This document shows positions 1 through 9,523 of a DNA stretch of 64,000 nucleotides, piece by piece. The stretch's first letter is position 1. Every line of letters begins with the position of its first letter. The DNA is from Candidatus Defluviibacillus avedoerensis (GTDB lineage Bacteria; Pseudomonadota; Gammaproteobacteria; Burkholderiales; Burkholderiaceae_C): NCBI GenBank assembly GCA_016703665.1, contig JADJBS010000006.1:247033-311032 (forward strand). Reading direction: 5' to 3'. Made by a program: the position numbers and the translations under genes. The notes beneath the pieces were generated by a model. It did not search any database. It was not told the origin of the DNA and saw only the letters and a program-made list of their open reading frames with translations.

Positions 1-1096
1 ATCCGAGCAGCGGGCGCTCAATGTGCAACGCGACGCTCTTGCCATCGCCGAATCCACCCTGGGCGACGCTGGATCTTTGGTTCAGCGTTTTCGTGAACTG
101 GCCGTCAGCGTCAGCAATGCAAGCAATACGGCAGCAGACCGAACCACGATTGCCAATGAAATGCAGTCGATCCGCGACCAAGTGCTGTCTCTGGCCAACA
201 CCAAAGACAGCAACGGCATTTACCTATTCAGTGGCCTGGAGTCGTCCAAAGTCCAGGGTGTGACGACACCTGCCTTCACCGTCACGGGTGCAACACCCAA
301 CCAGCAGTATCAGTTCAACGGCAGTCCCGGGCAAAACGATCCGACACAGAGTGCAGTTCCCTACACGATGGATGGCGACGCCACATTCATGCAGGTTGCC
401 AAGGGCAATGGTGTTTTTGATGTAACGATCGGCGCAACCAATCAGGGTCAGCTGTCGGCCGATGTGGGTCAGATCACGCTCACGCCATCGACCGGTACCA
501 TGGCCAGCAGCTACAAAGTGAACTTCACCGTGACTGGAAACACCACCACTTACAGTGTCGACACGGTGCCTGCCACGGTACCATTGGCCACAGGCCCGTA
601 TGTTTCTGGGCAGCCAATCTCGTTTGCCGATGCGGTGGCAGTGCCCAATGTGGCGATTTCACTTTCCGTCCAGGGGGTTCCCGTCACAGGGGACTCGTTA
701 AACATCACGCCTTACACTGCCGTGACCGGCGCCAACCCCCCCAATGGCAGCTTGTTCGAGATGATGGACAAGGTTATCAACGGCGTTAAAAACGCGTCCA
801 GCAGCAGCCCAGGCCTGAGCTTGGCGGTGGCACAAGGCCTGACCCGTATTGATAACGGTCTTGAAAAATTGATGGCCGCGCGTGGACAGGCTGGATTGTG
901 GCTCAACCGTGCCGACATCGTGACTGCCAACAACGGGACCTTGTCAGACCAACTGGAAATTGACCGATCCAACGCCCAGGACCTGGACATGGTGAGGGGA
1001 ATTTCAGAACAGCAAAAAATGCAGACTGGTTATCAGGCGGCATTGCAATCCTATGCACAGATTCAAAAGTTGAGCCTCTTCGATTACATTCGCTAG
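1..1096 (+). CDS. flgL: Flagellar hook-filament junction protein FlgL (HAP3); the 5' end lies upstream of the window
   Basis: The frame is open from nt 2 (SEQRALN precedes the listed GTG at 23), so the N-terminus is off-window. 'LVQRFRELAVSVSNASNTAADRTTIANEMQSIRDQVLSLANT..GIYLFSG' and the C-terminal 'QSYAQIQKLSLFDYIR' are flagellin-superfamily terminal helices. Flagellar neighbourhood. Confidence 0.8.
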   Translation, partial: SEQRALNVQRDALAIAESTLGDAGSLVQRFRELAVSVSNASNTAADRTTIANEMQSIRDQVLSLANTKDSNGIYLFSGLESSKVQGVTTPAFTVTGATPNQQYQFNGSPGQNDPTQSAVPYTMDGDATFMQVAKGNGVFDVTIGATNQGQLSADVGQITLTPSTGTMASSYKVNFTVTGNTTTYSVDTVPATVPLATGPYVSGQPISFADAVAVPNVAISLSVQGVPVTGDSLNITPYTAVTGANPPNGSLFEMMDKVINGVKNASSSSPGLSLAVAQGLTRIDNGLEKLMAARGQAGLWLNRADIVTANNGTLSDQLEIDRSNAQDLDMVRGISEQQKMQTGYQAALQSYAQIQKLSLFDYIR

Positions 1097-1117
1097 AAGT
1101 TGACTATGGATTGATCC

Positions 1118-2354
1118 ATGCCGCAAACCCTGCTTGGTAGCCTTGCACTGGCCTATCAGCCCCTTTGGAGTAAAACGCGCGATTTAGCCGGTGTTCGTCT
1201 GCATATGCTGGACGTGCCCGGAGGCGTGGTTGACGCACCCCATCTCCTGCAAGTCCTGCGCAACTTCTGGCCGCACAGAAATGGCAGTCTGATACTGAGC
1301 CCAGGCTCTCCTGGCTTGCTGGCCGCCTTGCTTGAAAAAGGGCAGGACTACTCCCCCTTGCCTTGAAATCCAACATGACTGGCTGGACGACGCCGACATC
1401 GCCAGGTTGGTGCAGTCTGCCCACGCCAGAGGCATGCACCTGGTTTGGCGTGGTCCCAACAGTCACATGCCTGCGCCTGAATTTGCGCCGTGCTTTCGCC
1501 GCCAGTTGCTCTGCATGGACGAGCAAGACACGCTGCAAGCCCTGCGCACAGCACGGTTTTTGCGCTCTCCTGAAGCGCTGGCTGTGGCACCACCAGCCAC
1601 GCCAGTACAAGCCGGGCATTTGTATGAAGGCATCGCCAGCCGGGCGCTGGCTGACCATTGCCTTGACGACGTCAAGACCGGTGAACTGTGTGGATGGCCG
1701 GTTGATGAGATGCTGCATCTGTACCGCCATGAAATGCCGCAACCAGGGCAGCAAGCCATTCAGGCCGTGATCAATGCCGCCAGCAACGATGCATCTCTTG
1801 AGGTGCTCGAAGGCTTGCTGGGGCAGGACCCCATCCTGGCCTACCGGTTTCTGGTGCATGTGAACTCCGCTGCAAACGGCCTGAGCCGCGGTATCGACTC
1901 CCTTCGACGTGCGCTCATGATGATGGGCTTCACTGCCCTGAAGACCTGGTGTGTGCAGCAAGTCCCCAGTGCTAACACCGATCCCAACCTGAACCCAGTG
2001 CGGCGTGACATGGTATTGCGCGCCCTCCTGACAGAATTTTTGCTGGATGCGGGGGGCGAGCCAGACTTACGGCGAGAAATCTACATGACGGGCTTGTTTT
2101 CCCAGCTGGATATTCTGCTGAATGAGCCCATTGACCAGATCCTGGGTCGCCTGCCACTGTCAGACCGCATCCTGGAGGCTGTATGCCAGGGCACAGGCGA
2201 CTATGCCCCCTACCTGCAACTGGCGCGAACCTTGGAGTCCATGGACGCCTACCCTGTGATCGCCATGTGCGAGGATTTTGAGATGGACCTGGACGAAGTC
2301 AACCGGGCTTTGCTGCGCGCGTTGGGCACCCCTGCCTTTCGTCCAGTCAAATGA
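1118..2354 (+). pseudogene. EAL-like/HDOD-domain signalling protein (COG3434-type) with the reading frame broken once
   Basis: The N-terminal 82 codons (1118..1366, 'LGSLALAYQPLWSKTRDLAGVRLHM') and the remainder (1332..2354, 'ILAYRFLVHVNSAANGLSRGIDSLRRALMMMGFTALKTW' HDOD-like) are in different frames. Removing one C from CCCCC 1353-1357 joins them. Confidence 0.6.
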
Positions 2355-3244
2355 CAAACCATCGTCGCGAAGAGCGTACAGCCCAGATATTGATTTTCAC
2401 GGTGCCTGCACTTTGGGTCGTCAATTACGTCGTTGCTCGAAAGGCGCCCGGTGTGATTGACCCCCACACCCTGGCTCTGTGCCGCTGGGGCATTGCAGGG
2501 TTGATACTTGGCATTCTTTCACGTCACGAACTTTGGGCGCAGCGCCAAGCCATCCAAAAAGCCTGGTACCAATACCTGGTTCTTGGAACCCTGGGCATGG
2601 TGATTTGCGGCGCCTGGGTTTATATCGCTGGTCGCAGCACCAGTGCCATGAACATTGCCTTGATTTACTCAGCTTCTCCCGTCCTGATCATGATTGCGTC
2701 AGGTATCTGGCTCCATGAGCGCATGAGCCGACAGCAAATACTGGGCGTTTGTTTCGCCGTCATCGGCGTCTTGCACGTCGTGGTCAAGGGCCAATGGGCA
2801 ATGCTAGGTCAGATTCAGTTTGCTGAAGGAGACCTGTGGATCGTCGCCGCAACCATTTCATGGGCGCTGTACGCCGTGTTGATGAAAACATGGCCGAGCA
2901 CGCTCAGTGCGTCGGCGCGACTGGCGGTCACCTGCCTTGGCGGCGTGCTGGTACTGGTGCCGTTTACTGTGGTGGAGCAACTCAGCCCGCAGTCCCCCCA
3001 TTGGTCCAGTGCCGCAACGTGGCTTGTCCTGGCTGCAGCCATCTTCCCTGGCGTGTGCGCTTACTGGGCTTATAGCCACGCGCAAAAAGTGCTGGGTGCC
3101 AGCAGGGTGGCCGTCAGCCTCTACCTTGGGCCCTTGTATGGTGCCTTGGCAGCATGGTGGCTACTGGACGAGCACTTGCAGGCGTTTCACTTGGCGGGAG
3201 CACTGTTTATTTTTCCAGGTATTTTGCTTGCAACACGACGCTGA
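2351..3244 (+). CDS. DMT-superfamily (EamA-type) permease
   Basis: ATGA overlap with the upstream stop. About ten hydrophobic helices in two similar halves, typical of the EamA/RhaT duplication. Confidence 0.8.
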   Translation: MTNHRREERTAQILIFTVPALWVVNYVVARKAPGVIDPHTLALCRWGIAGLILGILSRHELWAQRQAIQKAWYQYLVLGTLGMVICGAWVYIAGRSTSAMNIALIYSASPVLIMIASGIWLHERMSRQQILGVCFAVIGVLHVVVKGQWAMLGQIQFAEGDLWIVAATISWALYAVLMKTWPSTLSASARLAVTCLGGVLVLVPFTVVEQLSPQSPHWSSAATWLVLAAAIFPGVCAYWAYSHAQKVLGASRVAVSLYLGPLYGALAAWWLLDEHLQAFHLAGALFIFPGILLATRR

Positions 3245-3291
3245 CGGCATCGGTAACCCAAGGCGCGACATATAAAAATACGAAAAAGGAT

Positions 3292-3318
3292 TAAAGTACA
3301 CGCCAGATCGGTCGATGA
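3292..3318 (+). promoter_or_regulatory. Sigma-28 (FliA)-type class 3 promoter for flgM and the flgN-like gene
   Basis: TAAAGTAC-N11-GTCGATGA compared with the consensus TAAAGTTT-N11-GCCGATAA (6/8 and 6/8, exact 11-nt spacer). It ends 43 nt before the flgM ATG. Confidence 0.55.
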
Positions 3319-3361
3319 ATAGTCCATCAAGCCGTTTTGTGCGGCGACTTGGAGAACAGAG

Positions 3362-3661
3362 ATGAAAATTGGTCAATTGTCAGACACCCGGGTAGCTGGT
3401 TCCAGCAGTGGCGTCAGCAAGGCCGGTCAAAGCTCGTCTTCTTCCACACCTAAAACCAGCAGCGTCAAGAGTTCCGCCGTCACCGTTTCTAACCTCGCGC
3501 AAGCCATGGAACAAACCGGCAAGGGTCCAGACATTGATACTGCCAAGGTAGAAGCTGTTCGCACCGCCATTTCCAACGGAAGCTATCAAGTCAACGCCGA
3601 GGCGATCGCCGACAAGCTGTTGTCCAATGCCAAAGAGATGTTTCCCCGCAAAAGCCACTGA
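3362..3661 (+). CDS. flgM: Anti-sigma-28 factor FlgM
   Basis: 99 aa with a Ser-rich disordered N-half and C-terminal 'VEAVRTAISNGSYQVNAEAIADKLL' helices typical of FlgM. GGAGA lies just upstream of the ATG. Confidence 0.85.
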   Translation: MKIGQLSDTRVAGSSSGVSKAGQSSSSSTPKTSSVKSSAVTVSNLAQAMEQTGKGPDIDTAKVEAVRTAISNGSYQVNAEAIADKLLSNAKEMFPRKSH

Positions 3662-3694
3662 AACACATTGACGGCACGCAGGCATTAAACTGTC

Positions 3695-4117
3695 TTGATG
3701 TCTGCAGCCCGTCCTCCAGCTCCTTCCAGAAAACCAGTCAACGCGCCACTGCCTCCTTTAGTCGAAGCAGGCATGTGTGCAGTTGAATCTTGCCTGGATG
3801 CGCTGGACGCTGACTTGATCGCGGGTGACGCATCGGCCTTTGAAACCCACTGCGGTGACCTGCAGAAATCCTTGCTCGAATTGCAGTCCAAGCTGGCAAG
3901 CTCGGCGGTAAAGGGCAAACTGGTCTCTGAGCGCTTGCGGGTGCTGGGCACGAGGCTGGCTCAACAACGCGACAACATGGCCCGTCGATCAGCCCTGGTG
4001 GATAAACAGGTTCAATTCATGCTCCCAGGTTTGGCGGGTGCCACCTACTCACGCACGGCAGGCGCCTATGGCGCTGGGCAGCGCACCGCAGGAAAGTTCA
4101 CTTCCATCAAAGCCTGA
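3695..4117 (+). CDS. FlgN-like flagellar export chaperone (assigned by position and helical character)
   Basis: A 140-aa helical Leu/Gln-rich protein directly after flgM, the canonical flgN slot. Alternative ATG at 3698. No strong motif recognised. Confidence 0.5.
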   Translation: MMSAARPPAPSRKPVNAPLPPLVEAGMCAVESCLDALDADLIAGDASAFETHCGDLQKSLLELQSKLASSAVKGKLVSERLRVLGTRLAQQRDNMARRSALVDKQVQFMLPGLAGATYSRTAGAYGAGQRTAGKFTSIKA

Positions 4118-4159
4118 CTGCTGAATAAGCCTGCGTGTGCTGGCATCGGATCGCCATGC

Positions 4160-4187
4160 AAAAAAGCCCCAGCACTGGGGCTTTTTT
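4160..4187. terminator. Bidirectional rho-independent terminator
   Basis: A6-GCCCCAG-CA-CTGGGGC-T6 between the convergent flgN-like gene and fliA. Confidence 0.75.
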
Positions 4188-4190
4188 GCA

Positions 4191-4907
4191 TCAATGCGAC
4201 CGCATTTTTGCGCGAAGCCGGGCAATCGACTGGCTGTGCAACTGGCATATGCGGGACTCAGTTACCCCCAGCACCGCCGCAATTTCCTTCAGATTCATGT
4301 CCTGCTCGTAGTACATGCTCATGATGAACTGCTCACGCTCGGGCAGGGCTTTGATCGCCTCAACCAGGGCTTTACGCATGCGCGTGTCGCTCAGGCGGTT
4401 CTCTGGGTCAGCCTCGGGGTCACCCACATGGCGATCCAGAAAACCATCGTCGTCCTCGTTGCCGCCTGTCATGTCTTCCAGGTAAATCAGCTGTGTGCCT
4501 CGAACCTTGCCTAACAGCGACTGGTAATCCACCAGGCTCATCTTGAGTTCTGCCGCAATTTCTGACTCGGCAGGGCTGCGGCCAAGCCGATGCTCCAGAC
4601 GGTGCACTGCGTGCTCAATTTCTTTCTGACTCTTGCGTGAGCCACGTGACATCCAGTCGTTCTCGCGCAACTCGTCCAGCATGGCGCCGCGAATGCGCTG
4701 CGTCGCAAAGGTTTCAAATTGCACGCCCTGGGTGGCCTCGAAGCGCGTCAAGGCTTCTGCCAGACCAATCATGCCGACCTGAATCAGGTCGTCCACTTCC
4801 ACACTGGGGGGTAGCTTGGCGATCATGTGATGAGCCAAACGCCTGACAAGCGGCACATATTGCCGCAGTGCAGCGTCGCGGTCGAGTTGTCCTTTGGTGG
4901 TGTACAT
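4191..4907 (-). CDS. fliA: RNA polymerase sigma-28 factor FliA
   Basis: Sigma-70-family regions 2-4 ('DDLIQVGMIGLAEALTRFE', 'IAAVLGVTESRICQLHSQSIARLR'). The ATG at 4907 shares one base with the upstream stop (TGATG). The longest ORF would start at GTG 4919. Confidence 0.9.
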   Translation of the reverse strand: MYTTKGQLDRDAALRQYVPLVRRLAHHMIAKLPPSVEVDDLIQVGMIGLAEALTRFEATQGVQFETFATQRIRGAMLDELRENDWMSRGSRKSQKEIEHAVHRLEHRLGRSPAESEIAAELKMSLVDYQSLLGKVRGTQLIYLEDMTGGNEDDDGFLDRHVGDPEADPENRLSDTRMRKALVEAIKALPEREQFIMSMYYEQDMNLKEIAAVLGVTESRICQLHSQSIARLRAKMRSH

Positions 4908-5737
4908 CAACGACTCCACAAACGGTGGTCGTGTGCCACCTTGGGGCGGGTACTGGCACTCATCGCGCCTGTGCTGGCAACCGCAGATTCTGCGACTTGG
5001 CTTGACGAGGCCTGTACAGGCAAGCCAAGCAGTTGCAAAGCCAGTTGCCGTATGCTTTCAGGCGCCAGTTCTGCTGCCGGTGATTCTTGATTTTTCAACT
5101 GTGTGCTGACATGCCTGACAGGGCATTTCAGAAAATTCATTGTACAGTTTTGAAGGCTCTTGGCGATGCCCGTGGCCAAGTACTCCGGTGTATCCAAGGG
5201 GTTTACCGTGACCGCGATCACTTCGCTGAGCCGAACCATCAAGGCCAAGTCTTTGATACCCTGATAAGCAGAAAGCAGCGATGTGGTTTCCGGCGACAGC
5301 GCCACCACAGGCCGGTAATTTTGCTTGTTTTTTTGTAGCATTCCAAGCGCTTCAGCGCTGGCGTAGACCACCCATACCGCCGAATCTGAAAGCCGGTTAC
5401 TCAGACGGGCCTGCATATCTGCAGTGTGGTTCCCCAGTAACTTCAAGCCCCGGGCACTGGGAATCACCGACCATTTGGCGCAGTCCTGCAAGGGCGAAGG
5501 GGCATAGGGCTCCTCCAGCATGTTCAGCAGGCCCGGATTGGCCTCAGACTCTTCTGCCGTGCCATCCAGTACCGTGACGGTATAACCATAATTTTGAAGC
5601 GCAGAACACACTTGCCAAAGAAGGGTGAGTTCTGCCACGCGATCTCCATGCTGCAGCATGGTCAGTACAGTCGGTTCTGAACGCAAGGCCAACTGACGAA
5701 GGCCACTGCCCTGGTCCATGGCGGCGTAATCAATCAT
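4907..5737 (-). CDS. Protein in the FlhG/FleN slot (MinD/ParA-like position) lacking a Walker A motif
   Basis: Located between flhF and fliA. The ATG at 5735-5737 overlaps the flhF 3' end by 8 nt. Where FlhG carries KGGxGK[ST], the translation reads 'LTMLQHGDRVAELTLL'. There is no GK[ST] anywhere in the 276 aa. Confidence 0.55.
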   Translation of the reverse strand: MIDYAAMDQGSGLRQLALRSEPTVLTMLQHGDRVAELTLLWQVCSALQNYGYTVTVLDGTAEESEANPGLLNMLEEPYAPSPLQDCAKWSVIPSARGLKLLGNHTADMQARLSNRLSDSAVWVVYASAEALGMLQKNKQNYRPVVALSPETTSLLSAYQGIKDLALMVRLSEVIAVTVNPLDTPEYLATGIAKSLQNCTMNFLKCPVRHVSTQLKNQESPAAELAPESIRQLALQLLGLPVQASSSQVAESAVASTGAMSASTRPKVAHDHRLWSR

Positions 5738-7310
5738 TTTGTGTGCCTTCCAGTTTGAACGGGGCCCCAGCGTTTGCAAAAAGCAAGCCGACTTCACCAG
5801 ACTTCGGGTCTTGAGGTGATTTGCCCAGACTGCGCATCGACGAGCGGACAAGCTCCGCCGCATTGGGTTGCTCCCAATCCTCTGGCACACGCTGGCCGCG
5901 GGTCACGCCACGCAGCACCAGCTGATGGCGGATCAAGGTATCCAGGGCCGGGCCAACTTTGACAGCCTCATCCAGTTTGGTCAGCACCACACTGTTGCTG
6001 CCCGGGGTTTTGTAGGCGTTCAGCACCTCGTCCTGCGTGTCGCCATGGCTGCCAGCGTTCAACACCAGCAGGCGGTTAACACGGGGAATGTCCAGCACGT
6101 CCAGCAGCTCTTTGGTGCGTGGGTCGCGCGGTGCCATGCCGGTGGTGTCAATCAGCACCATCTTCTTGTTGGCCAGCAGCCCCAGCAGGTCTTGCAGGGC
6201 TGCGCGGTCATGGGCCAGATGGGCAACAACCCCCAACATACGGCCATAGGCGCGCAGCTGCTCATGCGCAGCGATACGGTAAGTGTCCAGCGTGATCAGG
6301 CCTACGCTTTGCGGACCATAAGTTTTGACACACATGGCCGCCAGTTTGGCGGTCGTGGTGGTCTTGCCTACCCCTGTGGCACCTACCAGGGCATGAATGC
6401 CGCCCTGCACATAAATCGGCTTGGTATTGGCGTCAGTCAGCACATTGTGCTCAAGCACGTCCATCACCCAGCGGATCGCATCGGTCGCCTGCATGCCTTC
6501 GGGCATACGCTCCAGCACACCACGCACCACGGAAGGCGAATAGCCCGAGCGGATCAGTTTGAGCATCAGATTGGACTGAATCGGGTCCTGCTTGGCTTGA
6601 CCCAGCCAGGCCATGGTGGTGAAGCGCTCTTCAATCATTTCACGCATGGCGTGCAGCTCGTCCATCATGCCGATGGCGGGTGCGGCGGCTGGCGCTGCTT
6701 GAACAGAAGGGGCCGGAATATTGACGGGGGTCGAGTTGCTGCGTGCCACGCTGACTCCTTGCGCAGGGGCTGCCTTGGGAGTGCTGGCCGCTTTGGGGGT
6801 GGAGATCTGGTTAGACAAGCTGGCCAAGGCTGCCGCTGCAGGGCTATTGTTTGGGCGTTGGATGGAGGATGGGGCGGTGCTGGCGGCACGTGCAGCCAAG
6901 CCCTGTGGCGCATCAGATTTGCCATGCAGCGCTTCGTGGCGGCGGCGCAGCATGCGCTCACGCACGTAGTCCTGAAACGACAAGGTACTCATCGCCAGTT
7001 GGTCTGCGTCTTGCTCGGCAGGGGAGGTAGCCAATGCGCTGGCACTGGGAATAGACGGGCCGCTTGGCGCGGTCCGGACAGCTGTTGCCGCAGCTCCTTG
7101 GCGGGGCAGACTTGCGCGCGGTGCGCTGGTGCCACGATCTTGACCGACTTCAGCAGCCACGGCATTGATCATTTCCTCCGTCGTGGCGATCACTTCAACA
7201 CCATTGGCCGTCGGGCGGTTGGACAGGATCAAGGTGGCGTCACCGAAAGCCAGACGGGCTTTGGCCAGGGCTTCGCGTGAGCTGGTGGCGGTAAAGCGGC
7301 GGACGTTCAT
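5730..7310 (-). CDS. flhF: Flagellar biosynthesis SRP-type GTPase FlhF
   Basis: 'GATGVGKTTTTAKLAA', 'DTTGM' and 'TKLDE' G-motifs. Ala/Pro/Ser-rich linker after the N-terminal B domain. ATGA overlap with the flhA stop. Confidence 0.9.
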   Translation of the reverse strand: MNVRRFTATSSREALAKARLAFGDATLILSNRPTANGVEVIATTEEMINAVAAEVGQDRGTSAPRASLPRQGAAATAVRTAPSGPSIPSASALATSPAEQDADQLAMSTLSFQDYVRERMLRRRHEALHGKSDAPQGLAARAASTAPSSIQRPNNSPAAAALASLSNQISTPKAASTPKAAPAQGVSVARSNSTPVNIPAPSVQAAPAAAPAIGMMDELHAMREMIEERFTTMAWLGQAKQDPIQSNLMLKLIRSGYSPSVVRGVLERMPEGMQATDAIRWVMDVLEHNVLTDANTKPIYVQGGIHALVGATGVGKTTTTAKLAAMCVKTYGPQSVGLITLDTYRIAAHEQLRAYGRMLGVVAHLAHDRAALQDLLGLLANKKMVLIDTTGMAPRDPRTKELLDVLDIPRVNRLLVLNAGSHGDTQDEVLNAYKTPGSNSVVLTKLDEAVKVGPALDTLIRHQLVLRGVTRGQRVPEDWEQPNAAELVRSSMRSLGKSPQDPKSGEVGLLFANAGAPFKLEGTQND

Positions 7311-9388
7311 GATGTGGCACCTTTCAGGATCGGTCCAATGCGGATGGTGTGTGTTTCAGGGATTTCGCTGTGTGACAGCACTTGCAGGCGCGGGGCCATG
7401 CGGCGAACCAGGCGCGCCATGGCGCCACGGATCGCGTCGGGTACCAGCAAGCAAGCGGGTACACCCATTTCTTCTTGACGCTGCGCAACTTGCGCGGCGT
7501 TTTGTGTGAGCATTTCGGCCACGTTCGGGTCGAGCGACGGGCCATTGGCACTGCCAAGCGCCTGTACCAAAAGCCGCTCCAGGCCGGGCTCAATGGCGAT
7601 CACATTCAGCTCCCGTACGGGGCCGTAGATCTGCTGCACGATGGCGGCAGACAAGGCAACACGGATGCGGCGAGCCAGCTCCACAGGGTCAGACACTGCG
7701 GCGGCATGTTCTGCCAGGCACTCGACGATGGAGCGCATGTCGCGAATGTTGACGGATTCTTCCAGTAGCAACTGCAGCACTTTCTGGAAGGTGGCGATGG
7801 AAACCATTTTGGGTACGACTTCTTCAATCAATTTCGGTGCCACTTTGGCCACATGTTCAACCAGTTGCTGGGTCTCGGTTCTAGAGAGCAACTTGGCTGC
7901 TCTTGTTTGCATCAAGTGTGACAAATGGGTGGCCATGACAGTCTCGGAATCAACCACCGTAAAACCCGCCATTTGCGCGGATTCCTTCTGGCGTTCGTCG
8001 ATCCAGTGCGCGGGTAAGCCAAATGCCGGGTCGGTCGTCGCCGTGCCAATCAGGGGCGTGGTGATGCCCCCGGGGTTGATCGCCAGGAACATGCCAGGGA
8101 AGGCCTCGCCCTCGCCCTCCACCACGCCACGCAGGGTGATGCGGTAGGCGCTGGGCTTCAGGTCCAGGTTGTCACGCACATGCACGGCAGGCGGTAAAAA
8201 ACCCACTTCCTGTGCAAACTTGCGGCGAACGCCCTTGATCCGGTTCAGCAGATCACCTTGCCGGTTCTTGTCCACCAGCGTGATCAATCGGTAGCCCAGC
8301 TCCAGCCCCAGCAAGTCAACTGGCTGCAAATCGTCCCAGCTGGCTTCGCCGTCACCGGCGGGTTTGGCGTCTTCGGGGGCGGCGACCGCTGGTGGCGGTT
8401 TGTGCGCAATCGTCCATGCGGCATAACCCAACGCGCCAGACATGCCCAAAAACACCACGTGCGGCATGCCCGGGATGATGCCTAACACGAACAAAATGCC
8501 CGCAGTGATGCCCAAAATTCGAGACGACCCCAGCATTTGCGCCACGATCTGGCCCCCAATGTCACGGTCTTTGCCCACCCGCGACACCACCATGGCGGCG
8601 GCCACCGAAATCAACAAACCTGGAATTTGCGCAACCAGCGCATCGCCGACAGCCAGCAACACATAGGTGTCGGCTGCCTTGCCCGCCGTCAGGCCATGCT
8701 GCAGCACCCCAATGGCGAAACCGCCCACAATGTTGATCACCAAGATCAAAATACCGGCAATCGCGTCACCACGCACAAATTTGGATGCACCGTCCATCGA
8801 CCCGAAAAAATCCGCTTCCTCAGCCACCTCGTTGCGTCGCTGCTTGGCTTCGGTTTCGTTGATCAAACCCGCATTCAGGTCAGCGTCAATGGCCATCTGC
8901 TTGCCGGGCATCGCGTCCAGGGTGAAACGTGCAGACACTTCGGCAATGCGCTCCGAGCCCTTGGTGACCACCACAAAGTTAATCACCACCAGGATCGCGA
9001 ACACGATCAAACCCACCACAAAATTGCCACCAATCAGGAAGTGCCCAAACGCCTCAATCACCGCGCCGGCAGCCCCTGGGCCAGTGTGGCCTTCCAGCAG
9101 CACCACCCGGGTAGACGCCACGTTCAGCGACAGGCGCATCAACGTAGACAGCAACAGCACCGACGGGAAAGCCGCAAAGTCCAGCGGCTTGAGCATGTAC
9201 GCCGCCACCATCATCACCATCAGGGCAATGGCGATGTTCAGCGTAAAAAAGGTGTCCAGCAGCCATGAGGGCATGGGCAGCACCATCAGCGCCAGAATGG
9301 CGACCACCAGCAAGGGTGCAGTGGCACCACTGAGGGCGCCCAGGTTGTTGCGTAACAACCGCTGGATATTGGGTGGGAGGAGGTTCAT
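7307..9388 (-). CDS. flhA: Flagellar type III export gate protein FlhA
   Basis: 693 aa with an N-terminal 8-TM region ('FPSVLLLSTLMRLSLNVASTR', 'IAEVSARFTLDAMPGKQMAIDADL') and a large cytoplasmic C-domain. Confidence 0.95.
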   Translation of the reverse strand: MNLLPPNIQRLLRNNLGALSGATAPLLVVAILALMVLPMPSWLLDTFFTLNIAIALMVMMVAAYMLKPLDFAAFPSVLLLSTLMRLSLNVASTRVVLLEGHTGPGAAGAVIEAFGHFLIGGNFVVGLIVFAILVVINFVVVTKGSERIAEVSARFTLDAMPGKQMAIDADLNAGLINETEAKQRRNEVAEEADFFGSMDGASKFVRGDAIAGILILVINIVGGFAIGVLQHGLTAGKAADTYVLLAVGDALVAQIPGLLISVAAAMVVSRVGKDRDIGGQIVAQMLGSSRILGITAGILFVLGIIPGMPHVVFLGMSGALGYAAWTIAHKPPPAVAAPEDAKPAGDGEASWDDLQPVDLLGLELGYRLITLVDKNRQGDLLNRIKGVRRKFAQEVGFLPPAVHVRDNLDLKPSAYRITLRGVVEGEGEAFPGMFLAINPGGITTPLIGTATTDPAFGLPAHWIDERQKESAQMAGFTVVDSETVMATHLSHLMQTRAAKLLSRTETQQLVEHVAKVAPKLIEEVVPKMVSIATFQKVLQLLLEESVNIRDMRSIVECLAEHAAAVSDPVELARRIRVALSAAIVQQIYGPVRELNVIAIEPGLERLLVQALGSANGPSLDPNVAEMLTQNAAQVAQRQEEMGVPACLLVPDAIRGAMARLVRRMAPRLQVLSHSEIPETHTIRIGPILKGATS

Positions 9389-9523
9389 GTTGGCAGCGCT
9401 TCTCGGATAAAGACCATTGTCTTGAGCGCCGCCGAAATCTAAAGCGCGAAAAGCGGGACTTCGCTCGGCTTATTCAACAAGCTGGCAGCTTCGCCGCTCC
9501 CTGCGAGCGAGCCCGGGCGTCGA

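Noticed and set aside
5868-7280. Very long ORFs antisense to clear genes. Examples: 5868..7280 opposite flhF; 8537..9268 and 8667..9410 opposite flhA; 9848..10681 opposite flhB; 22351..23226; 27486..28628; 29361..30482; 33089..34159; 44109..45023; 52102..53046; 61119..62198.
   Set aside because: They are typical high-GC shadow frames: Arg/His/Gly/Ala-rich low-complexity translations with no recognisable motifs. Each lies fully inside a gene with strong family signatures on the other strand.
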